Below, piece after piece: positions 11,945-24,585 of a stretch of 63,881 nucleotides of DNA; position 1 is the stretch's first letter, and each line of letters begins with the position of its first letter. Under the pieces are notes generated by a model. The model did no database searches, was not told the DNA's origin, and saw only the letters and a program-made list of their open reading frames with translations. Location: positions 696,605,427 to 696,669,307 of the forward strand of contig NC_058130.1 in the NCBI RefSeq assembly GCF_016433145.1, read 5' to 3'. The stretch comes from Gracilinanus agilis (lineage: Eukaryota). The position numbers and the translations under genes are program-made.

Positions 11945-12532
11945 ATGCTAAGTGAGGAGAGGCAGTGTGAGTAGATTAAAAAATATGTGAAGGGGAGTAA
12001 CAAAGGAAAAGCCTGGAAAGGTAAAGGGAACAAGGTTGGGGGAAGGCTTTGAATGCCAATAGATGATTTTATATTTGAGCCTGAAGGGCAGAGCCACTGG
12101 AATTTATTGATTAGAGAAGTGTGATATGGTCAGCCCTGAGCTTTAAGGAAGATTGCTTTGCTATCTAAGAGAAGGTGGAATGGAGTGGGAAAAGACTTGA
12201 GGCAGGGATAGAATTGAACAGCTTATTGTAATAGTTGAGGTTTGAAGTGGTAAGGTCTTGAACCAGGGCTTAGAGAGTGTCTGAGAAGAGAGGGAAGCTT
12301 AGGAGAGCTACCCTATGAAGGTAGAAATGAGAGAATTTGACAACTGAGTGGATATGGGGGTTGACAGACTGAGAAGGACCACTAGCTCCTGAGCCTGGGT
12401 AACTGAGAAGATGATGATGCTTTCCACATACTAAGGAAGTCAGGAAGAGGGGAAAGTTTTGGGGAAAAGATAATAAATTCAGTTTTGGAATGTTGAGTTT
12501 TAATATGTCTCAGGGACATTCAGTTCAAAGTG
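11945..12532 (-). mobile_element. L2 LINE fragment
   Basis: Purine-rich antisense L2 text (gaaggctttgaatgccaa...agccactggaatttattga...ttgagttttaatatgtct). Confidence 0.7.
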
Positions 12533-12689
12533 NNNNNNNNNNNNNNNNNNNNNNNNNNNNNNNNNNNNNNNNNNNNNNNNNNNNNNNNNNNNNNNNNNNN
12601 NNNNNNNNNNNNNNNNNNNNNNNNNNNNNNNNNNNNNNNNNNNNNNNNNNNNNNNNNNNNNNNNNNNNNNNNNNNNNNNNNNNNNNNNN
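12533..12689. other. Assembly gap (157 N)
   Basis: Run of N. Confidence 1.
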
Positions 12690-12860
12690 AATCAATATTG
12701 TGTATTGGCTCCAAGGCTTAGAAGAGTGGTAAGGTGTAGGCAATGGGGAAGTGACTTGCCCAGGGTCACACAGCTGGGAAGTGTCTGAGGTCAGATTTCA
12801 GCCTAGGACCTCCCATCTCTAGGCCTGGCTCTCAATCCACTGAGTCACCCAGCTGCCCCC
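12690..12860 (-). mobile_element. Opossum-type SINE (tail in gap)
   Basis: Reverse-complement SINE body ending caatccactgagtcacccagctgcccc. Confidence 0.8.
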
Positions 12861-13924
12861 ACAGTCTTTCAATAAGGCCTCTTTATGCTGAATCCTGTGC
12901 TACCTGCTAGAGATGCAAAGACAAAATCAAAAATTGTCCTTGTCCTCAGGGAGCTTCCAATCTAAAATATTACATAAATGTTAATTTATAGGCAGCAACA
13001 GTTGTATGCCACAATACTACTACATTTGGAGTCAAGAGACCAAGATTCAAATCTTGCCTCTGCCACATACTATCTGGTGACCTTGAATAAATGACAACCT
13101 CTCTGAGTCCATTTCCTGTAAAAAGAGGGAACTAGACAAGGTAGTTTCTGAGGTCACTTTGGCTTCTAAATCTACATAATCCTATATAAGGATGAACCAA
13201 GCTCCTAGTATATATAGGTAAGGCAAGATCACTGTTGTCCTTAACAAACTTATCATCCCGTTAGGTAGAAGATGAATGATATGCAACAAAATCACATGAT
13301 ACAAGCCAATGAATACTTTCCAAATTGAGGGGGAAAGGGCCTGGGAGTGGTCAGGGAAGACTAATACTTTGAATTTCTCCCATTAGAATGTCCTTGAGAA
13401 CAGGGACCATTTTTCAGGTTTTTATCCCAGGAGTCAGTATGATTTCTTAGGCCCTTAAATATTTGCTGAATTGGTTTGGATTGGATTGGAGGGAGGGCTT
13501 TGGAAAATGGTGGAAGAGGAAAAGGAGCAGATATTTAAGTGCTTACTATGTGCCAGCCACTATTGTAAAGTCACAAATATTATCTAATTTGACTTATCAA
13601 ATTGGTAGGATTTGGATAACAGGGGAAGAAGGGGTGGTGATGGTGGTGATGGGAGACATTATGAGCAGACACATGGAAGACAAAATGCCCAGTAAGGAAA
13701 GCAGCCATGATATAGTAGAGAGAGCTTTGGATTTAAAGTCACGAGTACTGGGTTTGACTCCAGATTGGTTGAAGGAACTAGGATATCAGACCTAGAGAGA
13801 AGAAGTCTTTGGACCAATACTATGGTTGTTCTACAATATTTAGAGGGATCCAGGTAGTATAGTGGACAGAGTGCTGGGTCTGGAATCATTAATAACGTGC
13901 TTATTATTATGCCAGGTACAGTGT

Positions 13925-14065
13925 TAAATACTTTATATGTTTTTATAATATATATTTAAATATGTATTTATATAACACATTATATATTATTATAATATTT
14001 ATGTAATATCATAGTAAATTTATATATTATATATTTATGATATAAATATAAATACTTTATAAATA
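13925..14065. repeat. AT-rich (TA)n-like low-complexity tract inside a MIR
   Basis: Almost all A/T; MIR text resumes at catctcatttgatcctcacaacaatcc. Confidence 0.8.
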
Positions 14066-14569
14066 TCATCTCATTTGATCCTCACAACAATCCTGGGAGG
14101 TGGAAGTTATAATTATCCCTATTTTAAAGTTGAGAAAATCAAGGCAAATAGAGGTTATATGATTTGCTCAAGGTCACATTATCAGTAAGTACCTGAGGCT
14201 AGATTTGAACTGAGATCTTCCTGACTCCAGAAGGTTGTATGTTCTTCGAGGTCTTGAAATATCTTTCCAAGGGAAGCTTTAAATTCTAGAAGAGGGCTCA
14301 TGGAAAATCAAAGCCTTAGCTTTGCTAATGCTATCATTTTGGCAGTTTGAGGAGTAAGGAGTGCTACACTTGGAGTCAGGAAGGTCTGAGTTCAAATCCC
14401 AACTCTCTTACTAGCAGTGTGACCAAGGCAAGTTGCTTAACTTCTGTGACCCTTAATTTCTTCATCTGTGAAATGGGAATAGTTAGATTTTTGAGACTCT
14501 ACTTTCAAGGATTGTGGTAAGAATCAAAAGAGACAAATCATATAGGGTACTTTGCATACTTTTTGTTTT

Positions 14570-14757
14570 TAACCTTTATTTTCTGTCTTAGAATTAATAC
14601 TATGTATTGGTTCTAAAGCAGAAGAGCAATAAGGGCTAGGCACTGGAGGTTAAGTGACTTGCTCAGGATCACACAGCTAGGAAGTATCTGAGGCCAGATT
14701 TGAACCTGGGACTTCCCATCTCTAGGTCTATCTATTCACTGAGCCACTTAGCTGCCC
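14570..14757 (-). mobile_element. Opossum-type SINE nested in a MIR
   Basis: Reverse-complement SINE; MIR text tttgcatact / tttcaaactttaaaatactg on either side. Confidence 0.75.
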
Positions 14758-15625
14758 CTGCTTTTCAAACTTTAAAATACTGTATAAAGGTGAGTAATTT
14801 ATTTCAGACATAATGATGGGACAGTTGATTTGAGCAACAGGAACACAGAGACTTATACTGGTGTTAAGTCCTCTGGAAATGCCTCACTTTTAGAGAATCC
14901 CAGAATTCTAGTGTTGGAAGAAACCTCAGAGACGATCTAGTATAATCCTCAACCTAAATAGGATTGTTGGTACATCCTTTGCCACATTGCCCAACAAGAG
15001 ATGTTCTAGAACTTTCGTGATGGAGAACTTAGTATCTGAGGTAACCAATTCCATATCTGGCATCTCTATTTACATAATGTTTCCTTAAATCAAGTTTCCA
15101 AAATCTGCTTGTATTGTTTGTTGTTCTGGCTTCCGGGATCAAGTGGGACACATTTATTCTTCTTCCAAGTGACAACTCTTCACTGTCCTCTTGGGCCAGA
15201 TCTTCCTCCATTTCCTTGCTCACCCCCTTCCCAACAACCCCAATGGCATATTCTCTCTCCCTTATTGTTCTGTTAGAATCCATTCTATCACTTGAGCCTC
15301 ATAACCACTGTGAAATTGGATACATTTTTGTATCTTCCTGTGCCCAGGCAGGAAATGAAGTGGCACAATGGATAGTCTGGAGTCAAGAAGACTTCAGTAC
15401 AAATTCTTCTTCAGGTACAATATCTGTGTTATTCTGGCCAAGTCACTTAACTTCTGTCTTCCTCAGTTTCCACAACTGTATAATAGGGAAAAATAGTGCT
15501 TACCTGATAGGATTATTATAAAATATGAATATGATAATGTCTGCATGCTTAACTCAGTGCCTGGTACATAGTAGGTGCCTAATAAATGTTTCTTTCCCCT
15601 TTCTCCTTCTAAGCTGACAGGAATC

Positions 15626-15629
15626 TTTT

Positions 15630-15673
<44 letters not shown>

Positions 15674-15676
15674 TTT
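15626..15676. repeat. (TTTC)n microsatellite (expanded SINE tail)
   Basis: About 11 TTTC units adjoining a minus-strand SINE tail. Confidence 0.9.
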
Positions 15677-17399
15677 TCCCCAAACCCTTATCTTCTGTCT
15701 TTGAATCAAAGCTATTGTAAGAGCTAGGCAATAGGAGTTAAGTGACTTGCCCAGCTAAGTAGTGTGAGTCCAAAGAATCTTTTTAAAGACTTTTTGTTGT
15801 TCGGTCATTTCGGTCAAGTGTCAGAAGCTCCAGGTCCCCATTTGGAGTCTTCTTGGCAAAGATACTGGAATAGTTTGTAATTTCCTTCTCTAGTTCATTT
15901 TATAGATGAAGAAACTGAGGCAAACTGGGTGAAGTGACTTATCCAAGGTCAAACAGATAGTTTCTGAGACCAGATTTGAATTTAGGAAGATGAATCTTCC
16001 TAACTATAGGGCCAGTGCCTAACTTAGCTACTCTTAAAAAGGCCTTCACTGCTCCTGAATATGGAGAAACAGATGGGGAAAGTTTCAAGGCAGAGTAAAT
16101 GGCAGGAGAAAAGATGAGGAGGCAGAAAGGCATGTGGCCTATTTGAGGAACAGTGAGCAGCAGCCCAGGCTGGCTAGAGCATGGGATGCATTCATTCATG
16201 CCTATATTAAAAAGGAATTTGCTATGTGCCCAGGTAATATGGTTGTCCCTGGATATACAGAGACAAAATAAAAATAGTTCTTGTCTTCAAGGAACTTATG
16301 CTCTATGTGTAGGGGAGAATAATATGCACATTGATAAGGGGAAAAAAGATTTGCAAAGTAAATAATACAACATAATTTGGGGAAAGGGAGAGTGCCAGCA
16401 AAGGAAAAACCAAGGTGAGACTTGGGGGAGGCTGTACTTGAGCTGAGTTTTGAAGGCAGCTTGGAAGTCTAGAGGCAGAGGTAAAAGAGTGCATTCCAGG
16501 AAGAGGGGAATCAACCCAAGCAAAGACACAGAGAGAGGAGATTAGGAAGTGGTACTTTACTAGGAACATCTAGCAGGAGAGTTTGGAGAGAAGGAAGAGA
16601 AGTAGAGAGGAAAATAAAGCTGGAAGGACAGGTGGGTGCCCATACGACTTGTTCAGTCTTTGATCAGCTCTTCATCTCCTATACCACTGGGCAGACCTGG
16701 GTTATTGTGCTCAGGAGTAAGACACTTATCACATGCCTCAGTTTCCTCATTAAGCAAAATAATTAAAAAATGCATTTCCATCTTCATCATCCAGCTGCCC
16801 CCGGCTTCCTTCACTTTTAAGCAAAATAATTCTTGTGCCAGGTCCCTCACCAAGGAGGTCGAGAGGAAAGTACTTTCTAAGCTGTACAGTCATGTATAAA
16901 GATGAGTTATTATTGGGGGAGGAAAGCCAGTTATGAGGCTATTCAGACTTCAAGATAGAAGAGACCTTAGAGGTGATATCAATACAATCCCATCTTACTG
17001 ATGAGAAAATTGAGGCTCATGGAGTTTTATTGCCTTTCTCAAGGTCACTTGGGCAGTAAATGTCAGAGCCAGGATTTAAACCTACACCCTTAGACTCCGA
17101 ATCCCAGGGCTTCTACCACTGCCCCCACAGAGTTTCAGGCCAGGGATTAGAAGAGCCTGAACTTTTCTTTGGGAATGAAAAGGAGCATTGACTAAAGTGA
17201 GATTGTGACATAGAATGGCCAGGACTTGGTGACTGATGGGCTGTGAGGGGCCCAAGGAATGGGAGGAAACAAAGATAACCTTTCTGAGGCTTTCTGATTG
17301 CCTGCATTCTTCAAGACTCCGTTCCTTAATACCCTTCTCTTAGAGTGTTTTATCTTAGCTCCCCGGACTTCTACAGAGCTCTTGCACTGAAAGCTTTGG

Positions 17400-17900
17400 A
17401 GTACAATTACCCTGGGGGCCTCGAAGGACTTAAGCCTCTGCCTTTTCTCAGTGGCGACGCCTTGCAGAAAGGAACCGTCAAGAGCACGCTCTGCTCTTGC
17501 TGAGACCTTTCCCCTATTGTAGAAAGTTTGCTAAGCAACGCCAGGCTTCTTTTACTCCTCGCTCTTGGAGCAGCGATTGGATGGATCCCGCCTTTGGGAT
17601 AATGGCCACATTTTGCAGGGGCCGAGGGAACACTGTCGTGCCTTGTTCCTGGGTGGAAACAACCCGAGAGGCCAAGAGGAGCGTCAGGTCCCGGTTCCTA
17701 GTCACCCTGTAGAAGTCCGGGCTGACCGGGCGGAGGCGCCGGCAGTCTGCAACTGGGGCCAGGGAAAATTCCGAAAAGCAGTCCAAGGGGCGGCCCGGCT
17801 CGGGAGAGCCTCGGCAAAGCCAACCCGAGAGGAGAAGCGTTCTCATCGCGTTTTCCAGAGGACACTTTGATTTTTACCTGCCTGTCACGCCTTCCAATTC
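17400..17900. promoter_or_regulatory. Small CpG-rich, repeat-free element (candidate enhancer or alternative promoter)
   Basis: Many CpGs in a CpG-poor background; X-box-like tttgctaagcaac (17527-17539); GC box gggcgg; half-CRE motifs. Confidence 0.6.
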
Positions 17901-17984
17901 ACAGGGCTCCTGTGGCAGGGCAAGGAGGACCTCGCTAAGTCTACAAGCAGGGCGATATTTACACTCATGTTTGTGCACACACAT

Positions 17985-18210
17985 ATCCATGGCTCACGCA
18001 CATATACGCACACCTGTATAGCTACATGTGCACGCGTGTGCTTGTATATGTGCACACACCCAGAGAAAGAGAGATGAGACAGAGAAAGAGAGAAGAGAGA
18101 AGCGAGAAAGAAAAAGAGAAAGAAGGGGGAGGGGTGGGGAGAAAGACACAGAGACAGAGGGATGAGAGGGTGGGGAGAAAAGGGGAGAGAAGAGAAAGAC
18201 ACACAGAGAG
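17985..18210. repeat. RY-alternating (CA/TG) tract followed by a GA-rich tract
   Basis: gtgcacacacatat...gtgcacacac, then (gaga/agag)n. Confidence 0.85.
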
Positions 18211-18499
18211 AGCTGGAGTTCTTCCCATATTCACTAGCTGCCTATGTCTGTCCAGTATTTACTAGCTGAGAGATTCAGGACAAACCACTTCCCCTATCTT
18301 GGCTTCCACTTGCTTGTCTATAAAACGGGTATGATGATGGTCTATAAAATGAACACCTACCTCACAAGATACACTTTGGAGGGCTATAGAACTAGGGGCT
18401 ATTAGCTTTAATATTGGTTTGCTTTTCTTTTAAAAATCCGTTTCATACACAGAAGAGAAACATGATTGATTACATAGTTCGATGGATATATGACTGGAA

Positions 18500-18670
18500 T
18501 TTTGGCTTTAGAAGAACCCTATTAAAAATATGAATAACATGGAAATGGGTCTTGAACACTGACATATGTATAATCCAGTGGAATTGCCTGTCTGCTCCAG
18601 GAATGGGGAGGGAAAGAAAATGAATCTTGTAACCATGGAAAAATATTCTAAATAAATAAAAAAAATTTAA
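18500..18670 (+). mobile_element. L1 3' end with poly(A)
   Basis: aatccagtggaattgc...aaaatgaatcttgtaaccatggaaaaatattctaaataaataaaaaaa, a marsupial L1-type 3' UTR. Confidence 0.65.
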
Positions 18671-20921
18671 AAAGTCAGTTTCATGAATGCCCTTTATTTT
18701 TATGTCATAGTTATTATTCAGTATATAACCCACCATATTGGACATGAGCTCCTTCTCTTGCACAAAAGAACCAAAGACTAAGCAAAACCAGCAGATATAG
18801 TGGCTTTGTCAGATTGCATATGCAACATTCTGCACCTGACATCTCTCTACAGAAAGAGACTGTCATCTCTTGCTGGCACCCCACTGCAACCCCAGACTGG
18901 TCATTATCAATATTCAGTTTTAGTTTTCTTTTTTCCATTATTGTAGTCATGCTGTATTCTGTTTACCATTACTACCTATTTTCATAGCCCTCTTCCTTTT
19001 TCTGGGTCCTTCTATATCTCATTTTAATATTCATCTCTCCATTTTAATTTCAAACTCCTTTTTTATATATTTTTAAAATTTTTTTCAAACTCCTTTTTAG
19101 AAGCCAAGTAGGTCCCATGTCTATCCTGTTCCTCTCTCCTTCTCCCCCACTCAGAGACTAATGCCTGAGCTTGTCCCATCAATTATAGGAAGCCCTGGGA
19201 AGGACCCCAATGAAAAACTTTGAAGGAGGGTAGAGTATTATAGTGCCATATGCCTCAGCAGGGCCTGAGGAAGGGAGGTGGTCAAAATATCTGCTGGTAG
19301 AGACAATTATGACTTTAGTGTTAAGGACTGAGGTGTTGGGAACAGGGAGCCTAGTGAGAAATCTGAAATCTATTCCCTGGAAGTACACTCCTTTCAGACA
19401 CAGAATCTCAGGGAAACTGGGCAGTCATTTAGTGCCATACACCCCTAAATAAGAATCTCTTCTCTTGAATCCCATAGAAGGCTCACCTCTAGATTTGCCT
19501 GAAGACCTCTGAGGGCAGTGGGGAGGGAGGAATCTATTGCCTCATATCCCATGGTACAGCTCATTCCTTATTAGAATAACTCTAATTGTTAGGAAGTTTT
19601 TCCTTACACTAAACTGAAATCCTGCTCCTATTTCTGCCCTCTAGGGCTAAGCAGAACAAATGTCTTTTATGCTAGGGTCTTTCCACTACTTGAAGACAGC
19701 GATTATATCCCAAGCTAATTATTTTCTGCTCCTCAATCAACATCGCCTTGTTCCTTCACATTCTCTACTGCTTGCATAATCTAAAAGAGAAAATTTATTT
19801 ATTTATTTTTAAGGTATGGGAGAGGTATTTATTTCTTATACACAAAAGAAATGCCAGACATATAATACTGACAAGTAAATGATATATAAATTTGTTAAAT
19901 GCTAAAACTATGTTTGGGAGTCATAGAAGATTTTAGAGGTCTTTTGGACCAAATCTCTTATTTTATAGGAGAGGAAACGGAGACCCAGAGAGCTCAAGTC
20001 AAAAATCCAGGATCACCCAGGCTGCAGAGCAGGATTAAAACTCAGGATCTTTAACTCCAAATTCTTTAATACCATGATGCTCTTCGTTCCCTTCTTAGGA
20101 TTCTTTTGAGTTTATTGGTGTCCTTCCTAAATGTGAAACCTAGAACTGAATTCTAAAAGTTCTGATGTGATTTGACTAGGGAAGAAAAATTCAATGCGTC
20201 TATTATCTCCCTAGTGCTGGACACAAATTCTCTCTCAGTTTCTTTATTAAAATTTTTTTCAGATTACATATCAATAACATTTTTAGTAATTATTTTATGA
20301 CATTTTCCATCCATGTTCTCTTCCATTCCTTCCCTCTTCCTCAAGATGACAAGCAGTATAGGTTAAAAATAGGCTATCGTGCAATACATAGTACCATGTT
20401 CATCACGTTGTAACAGAAGACACATATTGCTTATACAAGAAAAAGCTCATGACGGAGATAAAGTAAAGAATGTTTTTTCTTCAATCTGCATTCAGACTCC
20501 ATCAATTCCTTTTATGATGGTGGATAGCTTTTTTTTTTTTTTTTAAATCACGAGTTTCTTAGAGTTGTCTTGGAGCCTTGCATTGCTGGAAAGTTAAGTT
20601 ATTCACAGTTGATCATCCTATAACATTGCTGTTACTGTATGTAATATTCTTCTGGTTTTGTCCACTTCACCTTGCATCACTTCATATGAGTCTTCTTGTT
20701 AATCTCTCAATGCATCTCAAGATGATATTGCTTTTTGGGCCACCAGATCACAATGTCTCAATCTTTTATCTGACAACCTGCTTCCTAGTCACTTTTTCAG
20801 TTTTCTATCTCTGAAGTTGATTTTTAAAAACTCAAGTTTATGGGTTTTCACTTTTCACTTATCAATCAATCAATCTGCCAGACACTGTGCTGTGTTTTGA
20901 AGATATAAATACAAAGAATGA

Positions 20922-21126
20922 GGGGGGCAGCTGGGTAGCTCAGTGGATTGAGAGTCAGGCCTAGAGACAGGAGGTCCTAGGTTCAAACCCGGCCTCAGCC
21001 ACTTCCCAGCTGTGTGACCCTGGGCAAGTACTTAACCCTCACTGCCTAGCCCTTACCACTCTTCTGCCTTAGAACCAACATACAGTATTGATTCTAAGAT
21101 GGAAGGTAAGTGGTTAAAAAAAAGAG
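20922..21126 (+). mobile_element. Young opossum-type SINE, full length
   Basis: A box tagctcagtgg, B box ggttcaaaccc; TSD aaagaatga at 20913-20921 and 21127-21135. Confidence 0.9.
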
Positions 21127-23461
21127 AAAGAATGAAGTCATCCCTACTAGTACGGACCTTATGGGGGAGGAACAACTCCATATATAAAATATCCAGCATG
21201 ATTATAAAATGGATACAAATATATACAAGGTAGGTAGTTAAAAATTTTAGGAAGGGCACTAGAGGTTGAGATAGGAGAGATAAGGAAAATATCCATGAAG
21301 AAAATAGTGCCTAAAATTGAGCTTAAAGGGAAAGAAGGACCTTTTGAGATGGAGGTCAGGAGCAAGTGCATTCCAGGCACGTGGGAGGGACAGTAGAATG
21401 GCAGAAAAGGGAGGCGTGTTATATGTGAGCAGAAGAGAGAAGGCCAATTTGGCTGGATTTTACAGTGCAGGAGGGGGAAGAATATCTAATAGGGTTGAAA
21501 AGATAGGTTAGGGTAAGTGTTATAGGAGTGCTCTTGCCTGTCAAGGTCTGTTTGGATACTGGCTGCCATCCAATGTGTGTCATTTAGTTTCTCCAAGTTA
21601 AGTAACATAGATCCTTGGTTCATACCACTTCCTTCTAAAATGTTTTGGAATCATTAATGACTGTTCTTAATTTGGCCATTCAGCCAGTTCTGGATCCACT
21701 GGATCCACTGGACTAAATACATCCAGTCCACATTTCTTTATATCCTGTCCACAACGTGAAGATGAGAGTCTTAAATCTTGTTATAATTCATGGTTCCTCT
21801 TTATTTTTATCCTGTCCCTCTTTAGTTCTTCTGTTTCTTCTGTTGATCTAAATAGTCAATAAGCACGTATTAAGCTATGTACCTGGCAAACAAAGTCAAA
21901 AAAGAGTCCCCATCTTCAAGGATTTCATAGACTAAGGAAAGAGACTTCATGCAGATAACTATGTACAAATAAGCTACTTATAGGATAAATTGAAGGTAAT
22001 CAATAGCCTAGAAGGCAACTAGCATTAAGAGGAATATGGAAGGACTTCTTATAAAAGATGGGATTTTAGCTGATACTTGAAAGGAAACCAAGGAATCCGG
22101 GAGCCCTGGATGGGGAGGTAGAGTATGCCAGGCATGATGAAATAGTGAAAATGCTTGGAGTCTGCAGACAGAATGTCTTACTCAAGGAATAGTAAGAAGG
22201 CCAATGCCATTGAATCAGAGTACTGAAAAGGAAGGAGGGAGCCAGGTTGTGAAGAGCTTTGAATGCCAAACAGAGGATTTTGTACAACATATGATGATGT
22301 TGAGGTAATAGGGAGTTAATTAATAGGGAGTTAATAGTAGAGGAACCTGTTCCATCTCCACGGTTGATCTTATGGATATCTCATGGATAATGCCTCTTTT
22401 TTTTTTTTTCTATCTTAATTTGTGGTATAGTAGTCAGAGCACTGATTTTGGAGTTATAGGGCTTTGATGCAAATCTTGCCTCTGAGGTTTACCATTTGTG
22501 TGATCTTGGTTGAATCATCTGATCATCTGAACCTTAGTTTCTTCATTTGTAAAATAAGGGAATTGGATTAGATAGCCTCTGGGGTCTTTGCTAGCACTAA
22601 ATTTTTGTTCTCCCTACCTAAACGTTGTGCCATCACATTTAGATCATCTTTGTTGTAGTCATGTTAGACTTTTCATGACCCTACTTGGGATTTTCTTGGC
22701 AAAACCACTGGAGTGGTTTGACATTTCCTTCTCCAGCTTATTTTACAGATAAAGAACTGAGGCAAACAGGGTCAAGTGACTTGCCCAGTTTCACACAAGG
22801 TAGTTTATTGTCTGAAGCAGGATTTGAACTCAGCAAGATGAATCTTCCTCACCCCAGACATGGCACTCTGTCTATCCACTGAATGCCACCAATTGCCCTT
22901 CACCATTTATCCAATTATAAAAAAAAAGGATTCATTGAAGGCTTATTATATTGTCCCCCTTATCTCAAAGCATGCTTCCTAAACTAGGTGCCCATTTTGT
23001 GGTACAACTGAAAGGGAATTAGACTTGGAGTCCATTGACTTTGGTTCTAATCATAGGACCTGCCAGCATCCTAGGCTTCAGTTTCCTCCTCATCTGCAAA
23101 GTGAAGGAATTGAAACTGACTTGCCATTCTCATCTCAAGACCTCTTTAGAGTCCTAAAAATTGAGGATCCCCCAAGTGCTTTTGTATATGTGGGTTACAG
23201 CTATAGAAATTTATCATATTAGAAGTTAAAGTTATTATGAAAGTAATTTTTTGACCCAGTAGACCTCCTAAAGGGATCTGGAGACTACTTTTGGAAAAAG
23301 ATTGGACTAAATAACCACTAAGGTCCTTTCCAGCTCTAAATCAATGACTGTTATTTTCCTAACTTAATCCTTACCCTTAATGCCCTTCTCTTCCCCGTCC
23401 CAAAGTTCCAACTACAAAGGTTCTCTGATGGGGCTGGGGAGGAGAGGAGAGAGGACTTAGG

Positions 23462-23485
23462 GGTGTGTGTGTGTGTGTGTGTGTA
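23462..23485. repeat. (GT)n microsatellite
   Basis: About 12 GT units upstream of the CpG island. Confidence 0.95.
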
Positions 23486-23809
23486 TTTAGATGAATATCA
23501 TAAAGGGACAAGTGGAAAGAACTAACTGCTTGGGGGGGCGGGGTGCACCGAGGCCCTCCATTGCACTGAGGACCCTGGGGTGGGGGTGGGGGGGGGTGGG
23601 AGAGCTGCGTGGGCGTAGCTTGGCTACGGGGAACACCGGGGACAGTAGCGCAGCCGGGGAAGGCCCGGTGGTTGCGTTCGCGCGTGCGTCCCACGATACT
23701 CTACCCGCCCCCCCATCCACCAGACGCACGCTCCCTTCCCACGCCCCCGCCCTCCTCCAGCCCACCCTGGGAGTGTCAGAGCCCCAGCTATAGCGGAGCC
23801 GAGAGCTAG

Positions 23810-24120
23810 AGCTCTGTAGTGCGCCCCGGGGGCGGAGAGGGAGGGGAAAGGAGGGAGGAGGGGAGGGAGAGTGAGGAGGAAGGAAAGAGGGAAGCAATAG
23901 CAAAGAAAAAGAAAGAGAAGACCACCAGAACGAGGCCACAGCCGAGGGAGGCGGGGGCTGGGGCTGGCAGAGTAGGGTGCGTGGAGCCCAGAGTCGCAGC
24001 TGCCCCGGAGCGCGCTGAGGTCGCAGCCACAGCCACGGTGCAGCTCGAGCTGCCGGGGATCGCGGAGCCTCCGGGGAGCGGGGTACAGGTCAGTGTCCAG
24101 GCCTCTGGGAGCCCGCCCGG
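23810..24120 (+). other. Probable non-coding first exon (5' UTR)
   Basis: GA-rich then GC-rich leader with no ATG; donors cag|gtcagt (24088/24089) and cgg|gtgagg (24120/24121). TSS position is inferred. Confidence 0.55.
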
Positions 24121-24245
24121 GTGAGGGAGGGAGGGAGGAGGGTGTCAGCCGCGGGGGAGGGGATCGGGGCTGGCTAGCTTGTGTGTTGAGGGGGAAGGGG
24201 ATGAGGGCGGGGACCTAAGCGTTAATGCCTCCCTAACCTAGGGGT

Positions 24246-24585
24246 NNNNNNNNNNNNNNNNNNNNNNNNNNNNNNNNNNNNNNNNNNNNNNNNNNNNNNN
24301 NNNNNNNNNNNNNNNNNNNNNNNNNNNNNNNNNNNNNNNNNNNNNNNNNNNNNNNNNNNNNNNNNNNNNNNNNNNNNNNNNNNNNNNNNNNNNNNNNNNN
24401 NNNNNNNNNNNNNNNNNNNNNNNNNNNNNNNNNNNNNNNNNNNNNNNNNNNNNNNNNNNNNNNNNNNNNNNNNNNNNNNNNNNNNNNNNNNNNNNNNNNN
24501 NNNNNNNNNNNNNNNNNNNNNNNNNNNNNNNNNNNNNNNNNNNNNNNNNNNNNNNNNNNNNNNNNNNNNNNNNNNNNNNNNNNNN
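24246..24585. other. Assembly gap (340 N) inside the CpG island
   Basis: Run of N flanked by GC-rich sequence. Confidence 1.

Noticed and set aside
12490-12743. ORFs spanning N runs (also 24222-24602)
   Set aside because: Artefacts of assembly gaps.
17514-17870. Overlapping 110-aa and 101-aa ORFs on opposite strands
   Set aside because: Expected in GC-rich DNA; non-ATG or weak starts and no recognisable domain.
23377-24124. Several 66-150 aa ORFs over the CpG island
   Set aside because: Stop-poor GC-rich sequence open on both strands, low-complexity products, no true ATG in the putative first exon.
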